DNA from: Planctomycetota bacterium
GTDB taxonomy: Bacteria; Planctomycetota; PUPC01; DSUN01
Direction of reading: 5' to 3'
Assembly (NCBI GenBank): GCA_035384565.1
Contig: DAOOIT010000011.1
Coordinates: 51,282-115,281, forward strand
DNA length: 64,000 nucleotides
Within the stretch, counting starts at the first letter, position 1, and every line of letters starts with the position of its first letter. Under the pieces are notes generated by a model. The model searched no databases, was not told where the DNA came from, and was given only the letters and a program-made list of their open reading frames with translations. The position numbers were made by a program, and so were the translations under genes. Of this stretch, positions 7,781 through 15,498 are shown piece by piece.

Positions 7781-10700
7781 CGGTGGAGGGCCTCCTGCCA
7801 ACGGCGGTACTGATCGACGCGCCAGGCCTCGAACCGCTCGCGCCAGGGGACAGCCGCGTCGCCCGGATAGGCCCCCGACCACCACGGCCTCGCGCGCCAG
7901 AGACGCGCCGTGCCGTCCTCGCCTCCGGTGACAATCGTCAGCCCGTCGCCGCTGAAGAGGACGTGAGTGACCGGTTTCGCATGCCCCTCCAGCACGGCCA
8001 GTTCGCGACCCGAGGCCGTGTCCCACAACCGCACCGCCGCGCCGTCCGCGGTCGCCACACGGGAGCCATCCGGGCTCAGGGCAGCTCCCGTCGGCGTGCC
8101 GTTCCTGCCCCGGAACGTGTGGAGCGGCGAGACAGAGGCAACGTCCCACAGCCGTGCCTCGAGGCTGCCCGAGCTGGTGACGGTGGTGATGAGGACACGC
8201 TGGGCGTCGGGGGTGAACTGGGCGTGCCAGGGGGAGTCGCCTTTCTCGCCCCGCAGCACGGCGATGGTCGCGCCCGAGCGGGTGTCCCACACGCGGGCCG
8301 TGCCGTCGGCCGCGGTCGTGGCCAGGCGGGCGCCGTCGGCGCTGAATGTGGCGTCGTGCAGCCCACGCTCGTGGCCCGCCATCGTGGCCTGGAGCTTGCC
8401 CGAACGGGCGTCCCACACCTTTGCCGTGTGATCGCTCGACGCCGAGGCGACCTGTGTGCCGTCGGGGCTGAACACCGCGTCCCAAACGATGTCCGTGTGG
8501 CCCACGAGGTCGGCCAGCATCTTGCCGGTGGCGGCGTCCCACACTTTGGCCGTCCGGTCGCTGGAGGCGGTGACGACCCGCGTCCGATCGGGGCTGAAGC
8601 GGGCACGGCGCACGGTCTGGCCGTGCCGTATCTCCACGCTCTGCGAACACGCCTCGGCAAGTTCGCTGACAAACACAGTGCTCGTGCCACTGAGGATGGC
8701 AACGCTATGGCCATCGGAAACGAGATCAATGCCACCGATAGAACCCTGGCCATGGCGGCACGGCAGGCTGGCAGCGCGAGCCGTATCCCACGCGCTGAAC
8801 CTCCCACCGGCAACCACGACTAGCCTCGCACCATCACGGCTGACCGCCACGTCCTGTAGCGCCTCGCCGCCCGACTGCACGAAGACCTGCCGGTCAAGGT
8901 GGAAGACGAGCGGAGCGGGCCGCTCGCGCGATGACGGCTCCGCGATCTCCCAGAGCTTGGTCGCGCCGTCGGCCGACGACGTGGCGAAACACGGTGCGCC
9001 GGGCGCAAACGCTGCCGCGTGCACCGGGCCGCTGTGGCCCGAAACCGTGAACAAGAGAGCGCCGCTGGCGGCTTCCATGCACGCAACTCCCCCTGCGACG
9101 GCGGCAAGAATCTGCTTGCCTTCGGGGCCGACCGCGAGGGGAAGGCCGAGGAACGTGCGCAAGTGCTGTCCTCTCTCGGCACTCCAGATACTGCCCGTGG
9201 CAACCTCGCCGGCTTGCGCAGTGAGGAACTGCATGCCCTCCCCCAGGAAGGCAACGAGGGTTGGGGTGCCCGGGCAGGACACTTCGCAGACAGGCTTGCC
9301 CGTCGCCACGTCCCACACCCGAGCTGTGCGGTCAGGCGCTGTGGGCACGGCCTCGGCGCCCCGCGGCGAAGGGCGAGAGGCGAGCCAGGCATCCCAGGGC
9401 CGCGCGGTACGCTGGCCGGGGGCGGTGGCGAGGCGGCGACCCTGGCTGTCGAATGCCACACACACGACTGGCGCCGCATGGGCGGCCTGCGACCAGAGGA
9501 GCGTGCCCGCCTGCGTGTCCCAGACCTCCACCGTGCCATCCTCGGCGCCGGTGGCGACGCGGGAGCCGTCGGGACTGAAGACCGCTGTGGTCAGGCCCAC
9601 CTTGTCGAGCCAACGGATGGCGTCCTCGACCGTGGCGAAGCGGCGCGCCGCCGCCTCGCGCCGCGCGCGGCCGCAGAGCGTGCGGAGCGCGGCGCCCGAG
9701 CGGGTGTCCCAGAGCTTCGCCGTGCCATCGAAGCCGGCGGTGAGCACCAGGCCGCCCTTCGCGGCGCAGTGCGCGGAGACCACGTTGCGCGTGAGCTCCA
9801 GAGCGGCCAGGAGCGTGCCCATCGCCTCGCGGGGCGCAGGGGCGAACTCGCTCATCGGACCGCCCTCGGGCCGCAGGGCGAACGGCTTCTCCTTCAGCGA
9901 CTGCATCATGTCCCATGTCGTGCGCTTGGCCCAGGCGTCGGCGAGGGCGGCGGAGAGTTCTGGCGCCCCGGGCGGGCCGATGGCGAGAGCCGGGCAGTGG
10001 CCGCTCAGAACGGCGAGCGGCTTCCCCGTGCCGGCCTCCCACAGGCGCGCCGTGCCATCGTAGGAGGAGGTGAGGATGCGCTGTCCGTCGGGGCTGAACT
10101 CGGCGCCGTTCAGCCAGGCCGCGTGGCCGTCCAGCACGGCCGCGGTGCGGCCGCTGCGGGTGTGCCACACATAAGCCTTCCCGTCGTCGCAAGCGGCCAC
10201 GATGTGAGATCCGTCGGGGCTGAAGGCGACGCTCTGGAGGGGTTGGCCGCTGCCGCGCAGCGTGCCGAGGTCGGTGGAGCAACGGGCGAGGAGGTGGCCC
10301 CATTCCCAGTTTCGCAGGGCCTCGGGCGCGCCCCAGAGGGCGTCGCGGGCCTGATCATAGCGCTGCTGCTCGATCTGCCGCGTGGCGAGGAGGACGTTCG
10401 AGAAGTAGAGTTCGGCCTCTGTGCGGCGGCGGGCGGCGACCGCGTCGTCGCGCTCGCGCTGGGCAACGGCCGCGTGGTGGCGGGCGATGCGGCGCTGGAC
10501 GAACGCGTAGGCGCCCAGGACAGCCAGGACGATGGCCGCGACGGCGGCGACGCTGGAGATGGCCGCGAGGCGCTGGATGCGGCGCCGCTGGGCCTCGCGG
10601 TCCCGCTGAAGCTGGCGCTCGCGGAGCCGCTCGTCGTGACTGCGGAGCGCGCGGGACAGCTCGGCGGCCCGCGGCCAGCGGGCGGCGGGGTCGGTCGCGA

Positions 10701-12273
10701 TGCAGCGGGCAATGTCCTCGCGAAGCACCTCGCTGCCCACTTGGCGCTCCCAGTCGCCCAGCGTGCGCTCGAGGTCGCCGCACACGATCTGGTAGAGCGT
10801 CACACCAAGGCTGTAGAGGTCGCTCTGGGGGGACGGGGACGCGCCGCGGCGGAGTTCAGGGGCCAGGTAGTCCCACGTGCCGGCCACGCCTTCGATGCGG
10901 GTGCTGGTGAGGCTCTTCAGGACATCGTCGTCGGCCGCCGCGCCGAGGCCGAAATCGGTCAGTTTGGCCACGAGCACGCCATCCTCGCGCCGGGCGAGGA
11001 GGAGGTTCGACGGCTTGATGTCGCGGTGGAAGATGCCGGCCGCGTGGACGGTGTCGAGGGCGTCGGCGATTTGAGCGACGATCTCGAGGCGTTCGGCCAG
11101 GGGCGGGTTCCCGGCCAGCCAGCCGGCGAGCGACGGCCCTTCGACGTACTCCATTTCGAGGTAGTAGGGGGGCCGGTCGCCCTCGGTGATGTCGTAGACC
11201 TCGACGAGGTTCGGATGGTGGTAACGGTGGAGGCGCTTGAGCAGGCGGGCCTCGCGCTTGAGGGCCTGGAGGCGTTCGCGCTTGAAGCAGAACTTGAAGA
11301 CCTGGCGCGACTTGTCGGCGGGGTTCCACGCCTTCCACACTTCGCCGAAGGCGCCGCGGTACCGCACTGCGGAGTGGAGAGTGCGGAGTGCGGATTGGGA
11401 AGGAGTTCCTGCCTGGGCTGCCTCTTCATTCCGCACTCCGGACTCCCCACTCCGCACTACCTCCTCGCGCCCGAGGCGTTCCTCGAGCACCCAGCTCGTG
11501 CCAGGGACGGTGACCCCGACAGCGGGCCGCCAGCCCAGCTCCTCGTCGGCCTGCTCGGCTGGCCAGCCTTTGGCCGTGGCCGCAGGGGCCGCGAGGGGCG
11601 CGTGCGTTCGCTCGCCGATTTCGCAGACCTCGTAGCGATCCTCGACGCCCTTGAAGCGATAGGGGCCGTGGTTGCACCAGGCCACGGGGTCGAGGCCCGC
11701 CAGGTCGTCGCGGCAGAGGATGGCCCGAGCGTCGTCGAAGACTGCCCGGGTGCAGAGAATCTGCCCGCCACGGGCCAGGTCCGCGATGCGGGCGGCGGTC
11801 GAGATCTGGAGGCCGTAGATGTCCAACCGCTTCGGGCCGTCGTCGTGGCGCTCCACCACGACCTGTCCCTGGTGAATCCCCACGCGCACCTGCGGCAGGT
11901 CCGGCTCGTCCCCGCGAGCGGCTCGCATGGCCGCCTGCATGTGCAGGGCGAACTTCACCGCCTCCGAGGGGGTCGCGAACACGACCAGGAAGGAGTCGCC
12001 GGCCGTCTCCACCTCCTGGCCATCCACACCGCTGAGCGCCCGGCGGAAGATCTCCCTGTGGATGCGCACCAGGGCCGCGGCACGGACGTTGCCCAGCGTG
12101 CTCTGCTGCCGCGTGGAGCCCTCCAGGTCGCTCAGCAGAATCGTGAGCACCTGCGTGGCGTGGGCGATGCGGAAGCGCTCCATCTGCTCGCGCGAGGCGG
12201 CCGTCAGCCCCACCGAGTCCGGAGCGCCGGCCATCTGTTGTGCATCAGGGGAATCCGCCGAGGCCATGCTCAC
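7777..12273 (-). CDS. Multidomain signalling protein: class III nucleotidyl cyclase, Ser/Thr protein kinase, TM helix, WD40 repeats
   Basis: Cyclase motifs: LLSDLEGST, VETAGDSFLVVF, RVGIHQGQVV, ISTAARI. Hanks kinase motifs: RGAFGEVWKA, HRDIKPSNLLL, DFGL, APE. TM helix: LAAISSVAAVAAIVLAVLGAYAFV. More than 850 aa of WD40-type repeats follow (SPDG..., DGTA.LWD/VWD). The first start is GTG 12273; ATG 12267 is an alternative. Confidence 0.9.
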   Translation of the reverse strand: MSMASADSPDAQQMAGAPDSVGLTAASREQMERFRIAHATQVLTILLSDLEGSTRQQSTLGNVRAAALVRIHREIFRRALSGVDGQEVETAGDSFLVVFATPSEAVKFALHMQAAMRAARGDEPDLPQVRVGIHQGQVVVERHDDGPKRLDIYGLQISTAARIADLARGGQILCTRAVFDDARAILCRDDLAGLDPVAWCNHGPYRFKGVEDRYEVCEIGERTHAPLAAPAATAKGWPAEQADEELGWRPAVGVTVPGTSWVLEERLGREEVVRSGESGVRNEEAAQAGTPSQSALRTLHSAVRYRGAFGEVWKAWNPADKSRQVFKFCFKRERLQALKREARLLKRLHRYHHPNLVEVYDITEGDRPPYYLEMEYVEGPSLAGWLAGNPPLAERLEIVAQIADALDTVHAAGIFHRDIKPSNLLLARREDGVLVAKLTDFGLGAAADDDVLKSLTSTRIEGVAGTWDYLAPELRRGASPSPQSDLYSLGVTLYQIVCGDLERTLGDWERQVGSEVLREDIARCIATDPAARWPRAAELSRALRSHDERLRERQLQRDREAQRRRIQRLAAISSVAAVAAIVLAVLGAYAFVQRRIARHHAAVAQRERDDAVAARRRTEAELYFSNVLLATRQIEQQRYDQARDALWGAPEALRNWEWGHLLARCSTDLGTLRGSGQPLQSVAFSPDGSHIVAACDDGKAYVWHTRSGRTAAVLDGHAAWLNGAEFSPDGQRILTSSYDGTARLWEAGTGKPLAVLSGHCPALAIGPPGAPELSAALADAWAKRTTWDMMQSLKEKPFALRPEGGPMSEFAPAPREAMGTLLAALELTRNVVSAHCAAKGGLVLTAGFDGTAKLWDTRSGAALRTLCGRARREAAARRFATVEDAIRWLDKVGLTTAVFSPDGSRVATGAEDGTVEVWDTQAGTLLWSQAAHAAPVVCVAFDSQGRRLATAPGQRTARPWDAWLASRPSPRGAEAVPTAPDRTARVWDVATGKPVCEVSCPGTPTLVAFLGEGMQFLTAQAGEVATGSIWSAERGQHLRTFLGLPLAVGPEGKQILAAVAGGVACMEAASGALLFTVSGHSGPVHAAAFAPGAPCFATSSADGATKLWEIAEPSSRERPAPLVFHLDRQVFVQSGGEALQDVAVSRDGARLVVVAGGRFSAWDTARAASLPCRHGQGSIGGIDLVSDGHSVAILSGTSTVFVSELAEACSQSVEIRHGQTVRRARFSPDRTRVVTASSDRTAKVWDAATGKMLADLVGHTDIVWDAVFSPDGTQVASASSDHTAKVWDARSGKLQATMAGHERGLHDATFSADGARLATTAADGTARVWDTRSGATIAVLRGEKGDSPWHAQFTPDAQRVLITTVTSSGSLEARLWDVASVSPLHTFRGRNGTPTGAALSPDGSRVATADGAAVRLWDTASGRELAVLEGHAKPVTHVLFSGDGLTIVTGGEDGTARLWRARPWWSGAYPGDAAVPWRERFEAWRVDQYRRWQEALHR
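11356..11466. repeat. 111-nt palindromic (MITE/REP-like) element inserted in frame in the kinase Gly-rich loop
   Basis: Inverted arms are built from GCGGAGTG/GCGGATTG units: GTAGTGCGGAGTGGGGAGTCCGGAGTGCGGAATG ... CAATCCGCACTCCGCACTCTCCACTCCGCAGTGCGGTAC on the coding strand. It encodes EEVVRSGESGVRNEEAAQAGTPSQSALRTLHSAVRYR (aa 270-306). Confidence 0.7.
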
Positions 12274-12671
12274 GATGCGGGCGAGGCCCGCCCTCCGAAG
12301 TGCGCCTGCTCCCCCTCTCGCGCTCCTTCTTACCTCTTTTTCGATGGCGCGTCAACCCCTCCTCCCTTCTTGGAGTGCGCCACCCTCGTGTAGCAGCGGC
12401 GAGGGCATAGGGTCAGGAAAACCCGTCCGGCGAGGCGGAAACACGGGTTGTCCCGGCGGCGGGTGGCCGCCCTGCTCAGCGGGCGGAGAGGAATGGTGAA
12501 CATCGGCTGACGACTTCGAGGGGCCGTTCCGTTCCCGCCCTGGTGTACGGGGACGTAATCAAGCTCGTCGAGCGCGGGAAGGCCGTGGCCGTGGAGCTGG
12601 TGGTGGAAGCGTTCGGCGTGGGGTGTGGGCCGGAGTTGTAGGTGGCTGCGGGAGCTCCGAAGGAGCGAAAT

Positions 12672-12812
12672 GGGATAGCCCAGGGCAACGCCCTGGGAAC
12701 CAGACCGCCCCGTGGCAGCCCTGAAAGGGCGGAATAGAGAGCTTCTATCTCGCCCCTTCAGGGCTGGACCCGTGAATCCCACTGAACCCAGGGCGTTGCC
12801 CTGGGCTATCCC
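12672..12812. repeat. Nested palindromic intergenic element (about 141 nt)
   Basis: Outer arms: GGGATAGCCCAGGGCAACGCCCTGGG / CCCAGGGCGTTGCCCTGGGCTATCCC. Inner arms: CAGCCCTGAAAGGGCGG...CGCCCCTTCAGGGCTG. It lies between the divergent genes 7777-12273 and 12957-14705. Confidence 0.75.
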
Positions 12813-12905
12813 ATGCGAGCCCTTCAGGCTCCAGAGAGAACCACCCTGCCTGCAATTCCGGCCCACACCCTTCGGCGTGGCGCTCCTGGCATTCGCCGCC
12901 GCTTT

Positions 12906-12914
12906 TGGTATACT
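12906..12914 (+). promoter_or_regulatory. Possible extended -10 promoter element (TGgTATACT)
   Basis: TGGTATACT lies 43 nt upstream of ATG 12957. There is no convincing -35. The same TGGTATACT string occurs in the promoter at 2290-2298. Confidence 0.3.
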
Positions 12915-12956
12915 GTCGCCCTGACAGACACCCATCCCACGGCTCGGAGAGCCCCG

Positions 12957-14705
12957 ATGATTCTCGATACGACCACCATTCATGACCTCGCCGCCCTGCT
13001 CAAGCCTCACATGCATCTGCCGGCCTGGCCCGGCCTTTCGGACCCCGCCGCCAAGGCCCGCGCGAGGCAGTGGGCGAAGAAGCTGGGCCTCTGGGAACGC
13101 CTGGGCCGCGGGAGCGACCCTCAGAAGCCAATCCCCGTCGTCCGGCGGTCGCACTATCGCGACTACCGCCGCACCGGCAACCGCACCCTCGGCGAGACCG
13201 CCTTGCGCGGCAGGGCTCAAACCACCGAGCAGGCCGCGCTCGCCCTCTGGCTCGGCCATCCCGCCGGGGACCTCGATTACGTGCAGGACCTGCTCTGGGC
13301 CTGGTGCGAGACGTCGAGCTGGATCTGGCCGGCCCACGAGCACTGCACGATTGACCTCGGCTCGTCGCACATCGCCCGCCTGCTGGCCGAGATCCTCTGG
13401 ATGCTCGACGACCGGCTGGAGGACGAGGTCAAGCAGCGCGTGGGGGCCGAAATCCAGCGCCGCGCGCTCGATGCCTTGCACGACTGGAGGCATCCCGACG
13501 GCTGGTGGACGGTGACGATGAACTGGAACCACGTGTGCAACGCGAACCTGATCGCGGCGGCGCTCTACCGCATCCGCGACGTGGGGCAGCTCGCGGCGTT
13601 CCTCCACCCGCTCGTCCAGCGGCTCGACTACGCGATTCAGGGCTTCCCGCCCGATGGCGGTTGCCTCGAGGGGCCGAGCTACTGGAACTACGGCTTCGGG
13701 CATTTCCTCGACGCGGCCGTCGCGCTGCATTATCGCACCGGGGGCCGCCTGAACCTCGTGCAGGGCGAGCACATCGAGCGCATCTGCCGCTACCCGCTGG
13801 CCGCGCACATCGAGGGGCCGCTGCGCTCGACCTTCGCCGACAGCTCGAACGGCTACATCAGCGCCGAGAGCGCCCTCGAGATCAACCGCTTCCTGCACCT
13901 GCCCGAGTTGTACGAGGTCGCGGCCCGCGACAAGCAGGGCCGTCTCGCCGTGGCGGGCTGGCGCGGCCTGCTGCTGTACCACGGCGAGAGGGTCACGGGC
14001 AAGGCCGACACCCGCGACTACCTGCTGCCCGACCTCGGCATGGCGAAGCTGCGCGCGGGGGGCACCACGCTGCTCACCCTCGCCGGGCGCAACGACGTGC
14101 CTCACAACCACAACGACATCGGCAGCTTCATCCTCCACAGGCACGGCAAGTGCCTCCTCACGGACCCCGGCGCGCCGAAGTACACGGCGAAGACCTTCGG
14201 ACCCAAGCGCTACGAGATCCTCTTCTGCCGTTCACGGGGCCATTCGGTGCCGCTCATCAACGGCAGAGAACAGCCGACTGGCGGCCACTATCGCGGCACT
14301 CTGGCGGTCGAGGGCCTCAATGCGGCCGGCCCCAAGAGCGCCACCATCGACATGACGCACGCCTACGACGACAGGACGCTGTCGCGCCTCCTCCGCCGCT
14401 TCGACCTGGCGCCGGATGGCCATGTGGAGTTGCGCGACCGCTTCGCCTTCACGCGCGCGCCGCGGCGGCTCGAAGAGGCGTTCATCACCTTCGAGCCCGT
14501 GCGCATCGCGCGAGGCGGGCGTGCCGCCGTGGTGGGCAGGGGCCGCCGCAGCGTGACCATCACCACACGGACGCCCGGGCGCTTCGCCGCCGAGCGCCTC
14601 GTCGAGGAGTCCGAGGAGGGGCGGACCGGCGCTGTGGTTACCCGCCTCACGTTCGCGCCCGCGCGACTCGAAAGGGAGATGGCCTTGGTATTCAGGATAG
14701 CGTGA
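12957..14705 (+). CDS. Heparinase II/III-like (polysaccharide lyase-like) protein
   Basis: ATG 12957 has GGAGAG upstream. EGPSYWNYGFGHF and HNHNDIGSFILHRHG resemble heparinase II/III family signatures. The family assignment is by eye only. Confidence 0.6.
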   Translation: MILDTTTIHDLAALLKPHMHLPAWPGLSDPAAKARARQWAKKLGLWERLGRGSDPQKPIPVVRRSHYRDYRRTGNRTLGETALRGRAQTTEQAALALWLGHPAGDLDYVQDLLWAWCETSSWIWPAHEHCTIDLGSSHIARLLAEILWMLDDRLEDEVKQRVGAEIQRRALDALHDWRHPDGWWTVTMNWNHVCNANLIAAALYRIRDVGQLAAFLHPLVQRLDYAIQGFPPDGGCLEGPSYWNYGFGHFLDAAVALHYRTGGRLNLVQGEHIERICRYPLAAHIEGPLRSTFADSSNGYISAESALEINRFLHLPELYEVAARDKQGRLAVAGWRGLLLYHGERVTGKADTRDYLLPDLGMAKLRAGGTTLLTLAGRNDVPHNHNDIGSFILHRHGKCLLTDPGAPKYTAKTFGPKRYEILFCRSRGHSVPLINGREQPTGGHYRGTLAVEGLNAAGPKSATIDMTHAYDDRTLSRLLRRFDLAPDGHVELRDRFAFTRAPRRLEEAFITFEPVRIARGGRAAVVGRGRRSVTITTRTPGRFAAERLVEESEEGRTGAVVTRLTFAPARLEREMALVFRIA

Positions 14706-15493
14706 TGCCCCCGAAAGCACACCGTGTCCGATCCTCTCGCGTTGCCCGGCCGCGGGGTCGGGAGGCGAAGCGTTCACGCGTGCCGTTGATCGCGCTGGCC
14801 GTCGGCGCTGTTGTTCTGGCGGCGGTCGGCGCCCTGTGGCTGGCCAACCGCGGGGGCCGTGCCCCCGCGGCTGCGACGACGCCCGGCGCATCGCCCAGCG
14901 CTTCCCCTGCCGCCACGCCCACCCGCGACGTCACGGTGGTGTCGGTGCCGGCCAGCTACTCGGACCCCGCCGTCGCGCGGCTTGCCGCTCAGCTTCGCGC
15001 GCCGGCCCTGCGCTCGCGGGTCGAGGCCGCGGAGTCGCTCGCCGCGCTCGGGCCGCGAGCGCGCGAGGCCGTCCCCGCGCTCCTCAACGCCATGGCCCGC
15101 AAGAACAGCGAGATCGAGTTCGCCCGGGCCGTGAGCAAGGCGATCAAGGCCATCGGGCCCGCCGCCGTGCCGCCGCTTGCCGCGGCCCTGCGGTCAGGCA
15201 ACCCACAGGCCAGGTTCCACGCCGCCGCGGCGCTCAACCGGCTGGGGCCCGACGGCGCCGGCGCCACCGACGCCTTGATCGAAGTGCTGGAGGGTGACGA
15301 GGACATGACCGTGCGGTCGAACGCGGCGGTGGCCCTGGGCGCGATCGGCCCGGCGGCCTCGGCGGCCCTGCCCGCGCTGAAGCGCGCCGCGGGCAACCCC
15401 AACGAACGCCTCGGCGGCAACGCCGCGAAGGCGGAACTGCGCGTTCGCGCCCAGATGGCCATTGACCAGATCAAGGGCACGATCGGCAAGTAG
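14705..15493 (+). CDS. HEAT-repeat membrane-anchored protein
   Basis: ATG 14705 overlaps the previous stop (TGATG). N-terminal TM segment: LIALAVGAVVLAAVGALWLA. Three or four HEAT-like repeats, e.g. RVEAAESLAALGPRAREAVPALLNAM and RSNAAVALGAIGPAASAALPALKRA. Confidence 0.7.
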   Translation: MPPKAHRVRSSRVARPRGREAKRSRVPLIALAVGAVVLAAVGALWLANRGGRAPAAATTPGASPSASPAATPTRDVTVVSVPASYSDPAVARLAAQLRAPALRSRVEAAESLAALGPRAREAVPALLNAMARKNSEIEFARAVSKAIKAIGPAAVPPLAAALRSGNPQARFHAAAALNRLGPDGAGATDALIEVLEGDEDMTVRSNAAVALGAIGPAASAALPALKRAAGNPNERLGGNAAKAELRVRAQMAIDQIKGTIGK

Positions 15494-15498
15494 CAGGA

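Noticed and set aside
7781-8650. Upstream 290 codons of the 1033-aa track ORF 5549-8650 (-)
   Set aside because: This part overlaps the 3' end of the WD40 gene (7777-12273) in another frame and is Arg/Gly/Pro-rich with no motifs. The patatin gene starts at ATG 7780, which overlaps the upstream stop (ATGA) and is immediately followed by a cNMP-binding domain.
9019-12393. 1124-aa ORF on the + strand opposite the cyclase-kinase-WD40 gene (also 7783-8823 and 8456-10063)
   Set aside because: These are antisense shadow ORFs typical of high-GC DNA. Their composition is Ala/Arg/Gly-rich and low-complexity with no recognisable motifs, while the opposite strand has clear cyclase, kinase and WD40 signatures.
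12330-14144. 604-aa minus-strand ORF and the 662-aa + ORF 13505-15493
   Set aside because: The first is antisense to the heparinase-like gene and runs through the palindromic repeat. For the second, only the last 262 codons (from ATG 14705) are a real HEAT-repeat gene; the rest is an off-frame overlap.
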